Below are positions 38,915 through 47,338 of a stretch of 64,000 bases of DNA, piece by piece; the stretch's first letter is position 1, and each line of letters begins with the position of its first letter. The stretch lies in NCBI GenBank assembly GCA_963740895.1, contig CAVUFQ010000004.1:286671-350670 (forward strand), written 5' to 3'. Position numbers and translations under genes: made by a program. A model generated the notes under the pieces. It was not told the DNA's origin. It saw nothing but the letters and a program-made list of their open reading frames with translations, and made no database searches. This DNA comes from an uncultured Actinomycetes bacterium. Its GTDB lineage: Bacteria; Actinomycetota; Thermoleophilia; Solirubrobacterales; Solirubrobacteraceae.

Positions 38915-39862
38915 GTGCGCAGACCACCGCCGCAGCTGTACTTCGTCGTCAGCGCCGTCTTTCACTACCTCGGGCCGTCGTTCGCCGTGCTGCTCTTCGC
39001 GCGCGTCGAGGTCCTCGGCGTCGCCTGGCTGCGGATCGCCTCGGCGGCGCTCGTCTTCGCGCTCTGGCGCCGGCCGTGGCGCGCGTTCGCGGCGCTCGAT
39101 CGCGACGGCCGCCGCCTCCTGCTCGGATGGGGCGCCGTGCTCGCCGTCATGAACGTCTGCTTCTACACGGCGATCAGCCGCCTGCCGCTCGGGACCGTCG
39201 CCGCGATCGAGTTCCTGCCGGTCATCGCACTCGCCGCGGCCGGCGCGCGCAGTCCGCGCAACCTCGCGGCGCTCGGGCTCGCCGTCGGCGGCGTCTACCT
39301 CCTCACCGACGTGCACCTGGCGGGCGACCCGCTCGGCCTCGTATTCGCCTTCGCCAACGCGCTGCTGTTCGCGCTCTACATCGTGCTCGCCGACCGCGTG
39401 GCGCATCGGCCCGGTCTCAGCGGCATCGACGGGCTCGCGGCGGCGATGCTCGTCGCGGCGGTCGTCGTGACGCCGATCGGCGGCCGGCAGGCGGCTCCGG
39501 CACTGCTCGACCCGGTGGCGCTGCTCGCCGGGATCGCCGTCGGCATCGCGTCATCGGTCGTGCCCTACGTCACCGACCAGCTCGCGATGGCGCGCCTCGC
39601 GCGGGCGACCTACGCGCTGATGGTCGCGCTGCTGCCGGCGCTCGCGACGCTCATCGGGATCGTCGTGCTGGCGCAGATCCCGCGTGCGGCGGAGGTCGCG
39701 GGCGTCGCGCTCGTCATCGGCGGCGTCGCCCTGCACCGCTCACGCGTCGCGGCGCTCGAACACGATCCAGGCGGACGCGAGGAACGCGGCGGTCCAGGCG
39801 AGGACCACGGCGAGCGACAGCCCCGGCGCAAGGCCGTCGGCGGCGCCGCTGAGGCCGTCTGA
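38915..39862 (+). CDS. EamA/DMT-family transporter
   Basis: Ten-TM-like profile in two EamA halves, divergent from the Lrp regulator (a classic pairing). The hydrophilic tail overlaps the convergent ABC-2 gene by about 120 nt. Confidence 0.7.
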   Translation: MRRPPPQLYFVVSAVFHYLGPSFAVLLFARVEVLGVAWLRIASAALVFALWRRPWRAFAALDRDGRRLLLGWGAVLAVMNVCFYTAISRLPLGTVAAIEFLPVIALAAAGARSPRNLAALGLAVGGVYLLTDVHLAGDPLGLVFAFANALLFALYIVLADRVAHRPGLSGIDGLAAAMLVAAVVVTPIGGRQAAPALLDPVALLAGIAVGIASSVVPYVTDQLAMARLARATYALMVALLPALATLIGIVVLAQIPRAAEVAGVALVIGGVALHRSRVAALEHDPGGREERGGPGEDHGERQPRRKAVGGAAEAV

Positions 39863-40504
39863 CGCGGCGCCCGGGAGCCAGTCCGACGCGCCCTGCCAGG
39901 ACGACGGCAAGAAGCCGAAGACGAACGCCGGCGCGAACAGCACGCCGAGCGTCGAGATGATGGCCGCCGCGGTGCTGCGCAGCGCGAGGCCGAGGGTCAT
40001 GCCGATGAGCGGGAACTGCGGCGCCAGCAGGCTGCCGACGAGCAGGAGCTTGATCGCGTCGTGGCCCGCGAGATCCGGCGTCGCCAGGCCGTAGGAGCCG
40101 AAGATCGCGGTCGCCGTGAGGAGCATGCCGATGACCGAGACGAGGCCCGCGACGGTCGTGATGCCCATCACGACGAGTGCCTTGGCGGCCAGCACGCGCC
40201 AGCGCTGCGGGGTGGCCGTGAGCGTCAGGCGGATCATCCCGGAGCCGTATTCGCTCGTCGCGGCCTTCACGCCGAGGACGAGGAAGAGGATCGCCGTGAC
40301 GATCCCGCCGACGCTCGCGCTGTCGACCGGGTCGAAGTTCAGCTTGTCGACGAGATGCCAGCTGCTGAAGGTCTCGCCGATGACGATCGACAGCAGCGCT
40401 GTCAGGGCCATGCTCACGAGGATCGCGAGCCCGACGAGGAGCTTCGTCGAGCGCAGCGAGACGAGCTTCGTGAACTCGGACCTCAACGTTGCCGAGAACC
40501 TCAT
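39740..40504 (-). CDS. ABC-2-type transporter permease
   Basis: ATG 40504: MRFSATLRSEFTKLVSLRSTKLLVGLAILV..., six predicted TM segments. ATGA overlap with the ATPase stop. Confidence 0.75.
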   Translation of the reverse strand: MRFSATLRSEFTKLVSLRSTKLLVGLAILVSMALTALLSIVIGETFSSWHLVDKLNFDPVDSASVGGIVTAILFLVLGVKAATSEYGSGMIRLTLTATPQRWRVLAAKALVVMGITTVAGLVSVIGMLLTATAIFGSYGLATPDLAGHDAIKLLLVGSLLAPQFPLIGMTLGLALRSTAAAIISTLGVLFAPAFVFGFLPSSWQGASDWLPGAASDGLSGAADGLAPGLSLAVVLAWTAAFLASAWIVFERRDA

Positions 40505-41409
40505 GCTGCCACCTCCGGCCGGTATTCGACGCTGTCCTGTGTGAGCTCCATGAACGCCGTCTCGAGGCTCGCCTTCTGCGGTGAGAGCTCGTGCAGGCGC
40601 AGGCCGTGCTCGGCGGCGAGGTCGCCGATGCGCTCGGCGCCGAGGCCGCTGATCGCCAGCGCGCCGGCGGCGCTCGTCACGAGCCCGCCCGCGCGCTCGA
40701 CGAGCGCTGTGAGCGCCGCGGCGTCGGGCGAGACGACGCGCACGTGGCTGCCCGCCGCGCGCTGCGTGAACTCCGCCGTCGCCGTGTCGGCGATGAGCCG
40801 CCCCCGCCCGATGACGAGCACGTGGTCGGCCGTCTCCTCCATCTCGTGCATGAGGTGGCTGGAGACGACGACCGTCCGGCCCTCGGCGGCGAAGCGCTGC
40901 AGCATCATGCGGATCCAGCGGATGCCCTCCGGGTCCAGGCCGTTCATCGGCTCGTCGAAGAGCAGCGTCGCCGGGTCGCCGAGCAGCGCGCCGGCGATGC
41001 CCAGGCGCTGGCGCATGCCGAGCGAGAAGCCGCCGACGCGCCGGTCGGCGACGTCGGCGAGGCCTACCTCGTCGAGCACCTCCTCGACGCGCGCGCGGGG
41101 CAGCCCGCCGGCGTCGGCGAGCCAGCGCAGGTGCGCCTTGGCGGTGAGCTTGCCGTGCACCGCACCGGCGTCGAGCAGCGCGCCGACCTCGCGCATCGGC
41201 GCGGGGAGGTCGCGGTAGCTGCGCCCGCCGACGGTCACCGTGCCGGCCGTGGGGTGGTCGAGCCCGACGATCATCCGCATCGTCGTCGACTTGCCGGCGC
41301 CGTTGGGCCCGAGGAACCCCGTCACGACACCCGGGCGGATGTCGAAGGACAGCTCGTCGACGGCGACCGTCTTTCCGAAGTGCTTCGTGAGTCCTTGCGC
41401 CTGGATCAT
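40501..41409 (-). CDS. ABC transporter ATP-binding protein (ABC-2 exporter partner)
   Basis: ATG 41409. Walker A GPNGAGKST, signature FSLGMRQR, Walker B LLFDEP. Confidence 0.9.
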   Translation of the reverse strand: MIQAQGLTKHFGKTVAVDELSFDIRPGVVTGFLGPNGAGKSTTMRMIVGLDHPTAGTVTVGGRSYRDLPAPMREVGALLDAGAVHGKLTAKAHLRWLADAGGLPRARVEEVLDEVGLADVADRRVGGFSLGMRQRLGIAGALLGDPATLLFDEPMNGLDPEGIRWIRMMLQRFAAEGRTVVVSSHLMHEMEETADHVLVIGRGRLIADTATAEFTQRAAGSHVRVVSPDAAALTALVERAGGLVTSAAGALAISGLGAERIGDLAAEHGLRLHELSPQKASLETAFMELTQDSVEYRPEVAA

Positions 41410-41556
41410 GCGCACAGCATCGGCAATCGGGGCCCGAAACTCCAATCGGGCCCGCGGGCGGTAGGGGCCCCCAGCCCGGATGGCGGCGTCGATGTTGAGA
41501 TCGCCCAGCGCGCGGTCGCCTGGACAGCGGCGCACCGTGCTGCGAGGTTGGCGGGC

Positions 41557-42165
41557 ATGCCGGTCGATCCCACGGGCTGGTTCGAGCCGCTGTACCGCGC
41601 CGCCGAGCGCGGCGAACGCTCCGTGCCATGGGACCGCGCCGCGCCGCATCCGCTGCTCGTGGAGTGGGCCGCCGCGCGTGGGCTGCGCGGCGACGGCCGG
41701 CGTGCGATCGTCGTCGGCAGCGGCCTCGGCGACGACGCCGAGCACGTCGCCGGGCTCGGCTTCGCGACCGTGGCGTTCGACGTCGCGCCGACCGCGGTTG
41801 CCGCAGCGCGGCGGCGCTTCCCGGACTCGGTTGTGCACTACGTCGCCGCCGACCTGTTCGACTTCCCGGCCGCCTGGGAGCGCGCGTTCGACCTCGTGTT
41901 CGAGAGCCGGACGGTCCAGTCGCTGCCCGACCCGCCGCGCGCGGACGCGATCGCGCAGGTCGCGGGGCTCGCCGCGCCGGGCGGGACGCTGCTGGTCCTC
42001 GCCGACGCGCGCGACGCCGCCGACGGCCCGGTCGACGGGCCGCCGTGGCCGCTGACGCGGGAGGAGATCGAGGCGTTCGCCGCCGGGCCGCTGGACGCCG
42101 TCCGCGTCGAGAACGTGCCCGATCGCAGCGGGCCTTGCTGGCGGGCCGAGTTCCGCGCTCGCTAG
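41557..42165 (+). CDS. Class I SAM-dependent methyltransferase
   Basis: ATG 41557 in the tail of track ORF 40591..42165. Motif I IVVGSGLGDD. The N-terminal WFEPLY...VPWD resembles the thiopurine/halide methyltransferase type. Confidence 0.7.
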   Translation: MPVDPTGWFEPLYRAAERGERSVPWDRAAPHPLLVEWAAARGLRGDGRRAIVVGSGLGDDAEHVAGLGFATVAFDVAPTAVAAARRRFPDSVVHYVAADLFDFPAAWERAFDLVFESRTVQSLPDPPRADAIAQVAGLAAPGGTLLVLADARDAADGPVDGPPWPLTREEIEAFAAGPLDAVRVENVPDRSGPCWRAEFRAR

Positions 42166-42414
42166 CCCTTGCTTACGCGCCTCGCCCGCTCGCGCGCATC
42201 CGTGCGGCCGGAAGCGTGTCGACGTCTCGATCGATGCGAACAAAAGATCGCCCGCCCTCCCGCGGCGCCCGTGCTGACCGCCTGCGCGCCCCGCTCACCG
42301 GTCCTCACCGATGCAGTACGCGCCCCGCACCGTGCCGGCCATCGGGCCGTGTCGCGGAGGGTGTGCGAGGCTCGCCTCAACGAGGCGCCGCAGCGGCGCG
42401 GAAAGGCGGAGACC

Positions 42415-42786
42415 ATGGGACAGCCGGTCGTCCACTTCGAGATCATCAGCAAGGACGGGGCCGCGGCGCAGGCCTTCTACGGGGAGCTCTTCGGCTGGGA
42501 GATCAACGCCGACAACCCGATGAACTACGGCATCGTCGAGCGCACGACCGCCCAGACCGATGACGGCATCGGGATCGGCGGCGGCGTCGCCGGCGGGCCC
42601 GAGGGCTACGGCGGGCATGTCACGTTCTACGTCAAGGTCGACGACATCGGGGAGGCGCTCGAGAAGGCCGAGGGCCTCGGTGGCACCCGCGTGTTCGGGC
42701 CCGAGGAGGTCATGCCCGGGCTCATCCTCGGCCAGTTCACCGACCCCGAGGGCCACCTGATCGGCCTCGTCAACTCCGCGCGCTGA
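42415..42786 (+). CDS. VOC (glyoxalase-fold) family protein
   Basis: ATG 42415: MGQPVVHFEIISKDGAAAQAFYGELFGWEI...HVTFYVKVDDIGEALEKAEGLGG...GQFTDPEGHLIGLV. Confidence 0.8.
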   Translation: MGQPVVHFEIISKDGAAAQAFYGELFGWEINADNPMNYGIVERTTAQTDDGIGIGGGVAGGPEGYGGHVTFYVKVDDIGEALEKAEGLGGTRVFGPEEVMPGLILGQFTDPEGHLIGLVNSAR

Positions 42787-42832
42787 CGCCTGCGCGTCCT
42801 ACGGTGCGCCGCGGCGCCGTAGGATCTCGCGC

Positions 42833-43153
42833 GTGAGTATCGCGAAGATCAACGCCATCACCGTCCCGCGCGAGCGCTTCGAGGAGTTCGAGCAGCGCTT
42901 CGCCTCACGCGCGGGCCGCGTGTCGAGCGCCGAGGGCTTCGAGGCCTTCGAGCTGCTGCGCCCCAACGACGACCGCGAGGTCTGCCTCGTCATCACGCGC
43001 TGGCGCTCGGAGGAGGACTTCAAGGCCTGGGTCGCGGGACCGGACTTCCGCGCCGGCCACGCGCAGCACCGGTCGGGCGGGCCCGTGGGCACGAACAGCG
43101 AGATCTGGTCCTTCGACGTGCTCGAGCTCGAGGGCCCCGCCGCGCAGGACTGA
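42833..43153 (+). CDS. Antibiotic-biosynthesis-monooxygenase (ABM / IsdG-MhuD-like) domain protein
   Basis: 106 aa. INAITVPRERFEEFEQRF...GFEAFELLRP...VITRWRSEEDFKAW is a ferredoxin-like ABM pattern. Confidence 0.7.
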   Translation: MSIAKINAITVPRERFEEFEQRFASRAGRVSSAEGFEAFELLRPNDDREVCLVITRWRSEEDFKAWVAGPDFRAGHAQHRSGGPVGTNSEIWSFDVLELEGPAAQD

Positions 43154-43289
43154 CGAGGGCTCCTGCGGCGCGTCTCGGTGCGACGCACACGGGGATGCCG
43201 CGCGGGGTACGTTTCGCTGCGCGGAGTCATCCGATCCGTGTGCGGTCTGTCCACCGTGGGTAGGACACGGAGCACCTGGGGAGGCGGAG

Positions 43290-43748
43290 ATGAGCGCGAA
43301 CGGCTATGAGCTGCGTGATGCGGGCATGGGGGACGGCGTCTTCGCGACGCGCGACTTCGCGCCCGGCGAGACGGTCATGGTCTGCGTCGCCGCCGCGCCC
43401 GCCGCCTGCAACGACGTGCATGCCAACCAGGTGAGCGCGACGGACTGGGTGCACGAGCAGGGGCTGGCACCGATGATCAACCACTCCTGCGACCCCAACT
43501 GCGGGGTGCGGCGCGTCGACGGCGGCGACTTCGAGCTGCGCGCGCGCCGCCCGATCGCCGCCGGTGAGGAGATCACCTTCGACTACGCGATGCGCAACCA
43601 CGTCGTCGAGCACGTCCCGCAGGCGTGTCTGTGCGGCACGGCCGCCTGCCGCGGGACGATCACCGGCTGGCGCGACCTGCCGGCCGACCGCAAGGCCGCC
43701 TACGGGGACCTCGTCGCGCCGTACCTGCTCGAGCTCGACCGCGACTAG
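43290..43748 (+). CDS. SET-domain protein (putative protein lysine methyltransferase)
   Basis: 152 aa. GVFATRDFAPGE, NHSCDPN, EEITFDY, and the post-SET-like CLCGTAACRG. Confidence 0.8.
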   Translation: MSANGYELRDAGMGDGVFATRDFAPGETVMVCVAAAPAACNDVHANQVSATDWVHEQGLAPMINHSCDPNCGVRRVDGGDFELRARRPIAAGEEITFDYAMRNHVVEHVPQACLCGTAACRGTITGWRDLPADRKAAYGDLVAPYLLELDRD

Positions 43749-45373
43749 GGCAGGTCCCCCAGGCGCGTCCCGACGACGTGCTCGGCGGCTTCGACGGACC
43801 GGGCGTGGCCGGTGACCGCGCCGAGGAAGTCCTCGCGCTCGAGCGCGAGCAGCGTGCCGCCGCCGATCGCCCGGACGCTCGCCGTGCGCGGGACGTCGCG
43901 CAGCAGCGCGATCTCGCCGAAGTAGTCGCCCGGGCCCTGCCGGCGCAGCCAGCGACCGGACTCGTCGACGTCGAACTCCCCCGCGGCGACGGCGTAGAAG
44001 GTCGAGCCCGGATCGTGCTGGCGGATGACCTGCTCGCCCGCCGCGACGGGCACCGCGACGGCGCGCACGGCGAGCGTCTCGATCGTCGCCAGCGGCAGCG
44101 GCGCGAAGAGGTCGAGTGCGCGCAGGAGCGCGAGCTCGCGCTCGGGAACCACGGCGTGCCCCTTGAGGATCGTGAAGGCCCGGCGCCGGGCGACGAGCAG
44201 CAGCGGCACGGTCAGCGCGGTGATGACGACGGCGAGCTGCACGCCGACCAGGGCCATGAGCAGCGGCGCGACGACGGCGCCGAGCGCCACGGAGGCCTGG
44301 GTCGCGGTCCCGGCGACGCCGAAGGCGCGCGCGAGCGCCTCGTCGGACGCGAGCCGCTGAACGAGCGTCTGCCCCGTCGTCTCCGCGACGGCGTAGCCGA
44401 CGCCGAAGATCGCGAACCCCGCGACGGCGACGGCCGGGGCGGCGATGAGCACGGCCACGGTCAGCGGCAGGACGAGCAGCACGGCGCCCTCGGCGAGCGC
44501 GGCGCCGAAGCGGCCGCGTGAGAGCAGCGCGAGCCCGGCGAACGCCCCGACGAGCCCGCCGGCGCCCCAGGCGGCGTAGATCGTGCCCACGCCCCCGGTG
44601 CCGAGCCCGACGAGCTGCACCGCCACGACGACGATCAGGACGTCGAGCACGCCGTTGACGAAGGACAGCACGACGAGCACGCCGACCGCGTCGCCGAGCC
44701 CGGGCGAGCGCCGGACCTCGTGCACCCCGAGCAGCAGCTCGCGGGCGACCGTCGCGCCCGGCCGCGGCGCGCGGTGCGCCGGACGGGCGTCGGGGGTCAT
44801 GCGCGCGAGCGCCAGCGTCGCGAGCGCCGACGCTGCCGCCGTGAGGGCGAACCCGGCCTGCAGCGACCCCGCGGACACCGCGACGCCCGCGATCAGCGAG
44901 CCGAGGAAGAACGCGCCGTAGCCGAAGCCGTTCCACAGGCTGTTGGCGGCGACGAGCTCGCGCGGGGTGCGCGCGAGGCTCGGGAGCAGCGCCGCCTGCG
45001 CCGGGTCCAGCCCGCTCGTCAGCACGGCGTAGCCGGCGGTCAGCGCGAGGACGACGGCGAACGGGCCGCCGACCATCACGACGAGCGCGGTCGCCGCGAG
45101 CAGCGCCGTCGAGCCGGCCGCGAGCGCGAGCAGCAGGCCGCGGCGCGAGCGCTGGTCGGCGAGCAGCGCGGTGAACGGCGCCGCCAGCGCCGCCGGCAGC
45201 ACGCGCGCGAGGACCGCGAGCGTCACGCCACCCGCGCCGGCCTCGCGATAGGCCGCCAGCGCGAGCACGACGCTGAACCCCCACAGCGCGAGCGAGGACG
45301 CCGTCGAGGACGCGAGGAACAGCCGCAGCTCGCGTCCCGCGAGACCCTCTCGGATCGTCCCCCGCGCGGGCAC
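43745..45373 (-). CDS. MFS transporter fused to a C-terminal cyclic-nucleotide-binding domain
   Basis: 542 aa with a GTG start. About 12 TM segments are followed by ...LFAPLPLATIETLA...GEQVIRQHDPGSTFYAVAAGEF...GPGDYFGEIALLRDVPRTASVRA (CAP-type cNMP-binding signature). Confidence 0.8.
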   Translation of the reverse strand: MPARGTIREGLAGRELRLFLASSTASSLALWGFSVVLALAAYREAGAGGVTLAVLARVLPAALAAPFTALLADQRSRRGLLLALAAGSTALLAATALVVMVGGPFAVVLALTAGYAVLTSGLDPAQAALLPSLARTPRELVAANSLWNGFGYGAFFLGSLIAGVAVSAGSLQAGFALTAAASALATLALARMTPDARPAHRAPRPGATVARELLLGVHEVRRSPGLGDAVGVLVVLSFVNGVLDVLIVVVAVQLVGLGTGGVGTIYAAWGAGGLVGAFAGLALLSRGRFGAALAEGAVLLVLPLTVAVLIAAPAVAVAGFAIFGVGYAVAETTGQTLVQRLASDEALARAFGVAGTATQASVALGAVVAPLLMALVGVQLAVVITALTVPLLLVARRRAFTILKGHAVVPERELALLRALDLFAPLPLATIETLAVRAVAVPVAAGEQVIRQHDPGSTFYAVAAGEFDVDESGRWLRRQGPGDYFGEIALLRDVPRTASVRAIGGGTLLALEREDFLGAVTGHARSVEAAEHVVGTRLGDLP

Positions 45374-45404
45374 CGGCGCAGCGTACCCGCCGCGCCGGCG
45401 CGCG

Positions 45405-46148
45405 TCACCTCCGGTCGCGCGCCGCCGAGTAGAGGTGGCTGTCGCGGAAGTCGCGCGCGCCGAGCGCGGGACCGGCGAGGATCGTCGCGGTGCGGCGGAT
45501 GCCGGCCTCGGACGTCATCGCCGCGATCGTCTCGAGGGTCCCGCGCAGGACGAGCTCGTCGAGCCAGCTCGCCCGCGCGACGACCGCCGCGGGGCAGCCG
45601 GCGCCGTAGTGGGGGACGAGCGCCGCCGCGATCTCGTCGATCGCCTGCGCGCCGAGATGCACGACGAGCGTCGCGCCGTGGGCCGCGAGCCCGGCGAGCT
45701 CCTCGCCCGCCGGCATCGCGCTCGCGCGGCGGCCGTGGCGCGTGAGGATGACCGTCTGCGCGACGCCCGGCACCGTCAGCTCGCAGCGCAGCGCGGCGGC
45801 TGCGGCAGCGAACGCCGGCACGCCGGGCGTGACGTCCCAGGCGATGGCGAGCGCGTCGAGGCGGCGCATCTGCTCGGCGACGGCGCTGTAGAGCGACAGG
45901 TCGCCGGACTGCAGTCGCGCGACATCGTGGCCGCGCTCGTCGGCGGCCCGCAGCTCCTCGACGATCGCGTCGAGCGTGAGGCCCTGCGTGTCGACGACGC
46001 GCGCGCCCGGCGGGGCGTGCGCGACGATCTCCGGGGGCACGAGCGCGCCGGCGTAGAGGCAGACCGGGCAGGCGGCGATGAGGTCGCGGCCGCGCAGCGT
46101 CAGCAGGTCGGCGGCGCCCGGGCCGGCGCCGATGAAGTGGACCGTCAC
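45405..46148 (-). CDS. cobM: Precorrin-4 C11-methyltransferase
   Basis: GTG 46148 (GTGA overlap with the cobL stop). [20 protein letters not shown]...CLYAGALVP...[12 protein letters not shown]. Confidence 0.9.
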   Translation of the reverse strand: MTVHFIGAGPGAADLLTLRGRDLIAACPVCLYAGALVPPEIVAHAPPGARVVDTQGLTLDAIVEELRAADERGHDVARLQSGDLSLYSAVAEQMRRLDALAIAWDVTPGVPAFAAAAAALRCELTVPGVAQTVILTRHGRRASAMPAGEELAGLAAHGATLVVHLGAQAIDEIAAALVPHYGAGCPAAVVARASWLDELVLRGTLETIAAMTSEAGIRRTATILAGPALGARDFRDSHLYSAARDRR

Positions 46149-47338
46149 CGGCGCGCCGTCCACTGCACGACGGGCCGCTGGGCGACCCACGAGGTGTAGT
46201 CGCCGAGCGGCTGCGCGCGGGCGATCTCGATGCGGGCCAGGTCACCGCCGTGGGCCCCGCGCGCCGCGACGAGCGTCTGCTCTCCCTCGAGCGTCACGGC
46301 GTTGGCGACGATCCGCCCGCCGGGCCGCAGGGCGTTCCAGCAGCGCGCGACGAGTCCGGGCGCGCCGAGCCCGCCGCCGACGAAGATCGCGTCGGGTGCG
46401 GGCAGCCCGTCGAGGACCGCGGGCGCGCGGCCGGTGCGGACATCGAGTTGCGGGACGCCGAGGCGCAGGGCGTTGGCGGTGGCGCGCGCGGCCCGCCCGG
46501 CGTGCTGCTCGGCGGCGATCGCGCGGGCGCCGGGCGCCGCCCGCAGCCACTCGATCGCGATCGAGCCGGCGCCCGCGCCGACGTCCCACAGCAGCTGCCC
46601 GGGCAGCGGCACGAGCGCGGCGAGCGTCAGCGCGCGGACGGGGCGCTTGGTGAGCTGGCCGTCGTGCTCGTAGGCGTCGTCGGGGAGGCCGGGCGTGCGC
46701 GCGAGCAGCGCTGCGCCGGCGGTCGCCGCGCACTCCAGCGCGACGGTGTGCAGCGGGCCGGCGGCCGCGTCCCAGGCGCCGGCGGTCGTGTCGATGATCC
46801 GCTCGTCGAGCGCGCCGAGGCGCTCGAGCACGACGAGCCGGCTCGGCCCGTAGCCGCGCTCGCGCAGCACGCGCGCGACCTGCGCGGCGCCGTCGGCGCC
46901 CGTGACGTAGGCGACGATCCGGCGGCCGGGTGCGAGCGCGGGCGCGACGACCTCCGGCGCGCGCGCGACGGCGCTGACGAGCTCGACCTCGGCCGCCGGC
47001 CAGCCCAGGCGCGCGCAGGCCAGCGCGAAGGCCGACGGCTGCGGGTGCACGCAGATGCGCGCGGGCCCGAGCCGGCGCGCGAGCGTCGCGCCGATGCCAT
47101 GGAGCATCGGATCGCCGCTGGCGAGCACGCACATCGGGCCGCCGTCGGCGCGGCCGGCGAGCTCGTCGAGCAGCGGCGCCATCGGCGACGGCCAGGCACG
47201 CGTCGCGGCGGTCGCCTGCGGCGGCAGCAGCGCGAGCTGGCGCGCCGAGCCGATGATCTCCTCGGCTTCGAGGATCGCCGCCTGGGCGGCCGCGCCGAGG
47301 CCGTCCCAGCCGTCCGCGCCGATGCCGACGACGCTCAC
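46145..47338 (-). CDS. cobL: Precorrin-6Y C5,15-methyltransferase (decarboxylating)
   Basis: GTG 47338. [14 protein letters not shown]...[13 protein letters not shown] (CbiE half) and [15 protein letters not shown] (CbiT half). Confidence 0.9.
   Translation of the reverse strand: MSVVGIGADGWDGLGAAAQAAILEAEEIIGSARQLALLPPQATAATRAWPSPMAPLLDELAGRADGGPMCVLASGDPMLHGIGATLARRLGPARICVHPQPSAFALACARLGWPAAEVELVSAVARAPEVVAPALAPGRRIVAYVTGADGAAQVARVLRERGYGPSRLVVLERLGALDERIIDTTAGAWDAAAGPLHTVALECAATAGAALLARTPGLPDDAYEHDGQLTKRPVRALTLAALVPLPGQLLWDVGAGAGSIAIEWLRAAPGARAIAAEQHAGRAARATANALRLGVPQLDVRTGRAPAVLDGLPAPDAIFVGGGLGAPGLVARCWNALRPGGRIVANAVTLEGEQTLVAARGAHGGDLARIEIARAQPLGDYTSWVAQRPVVQWTARR

Noticed and set aside
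42166-42414. 249-nt gap before the second VOC gene as a possible tRNA or ncRNA locus
   Set aside because: No cloverleaf-compatible stems and no conserved tRNA boxes were seen. The track ORF N-terminus here is shadow-like, so I treat it as an ordinary intergenic or promoter region.
43227-45284. 685-aa minus-strand ORF overlapping the MFS-cNMP gene in another frame
   Set aside because: Arg-rich shadow. The 43745..45373 frame shows TM periodicity and a cNMP-binding signature.
37362-45404. Calling the non-cob block a genomic island or mobile element
   Set aside because: No integrase, transposase, tRNA target or flanking direct repeats were seen, and I noticed no obvious compositional break. Reported only as an interruption of the cluster.
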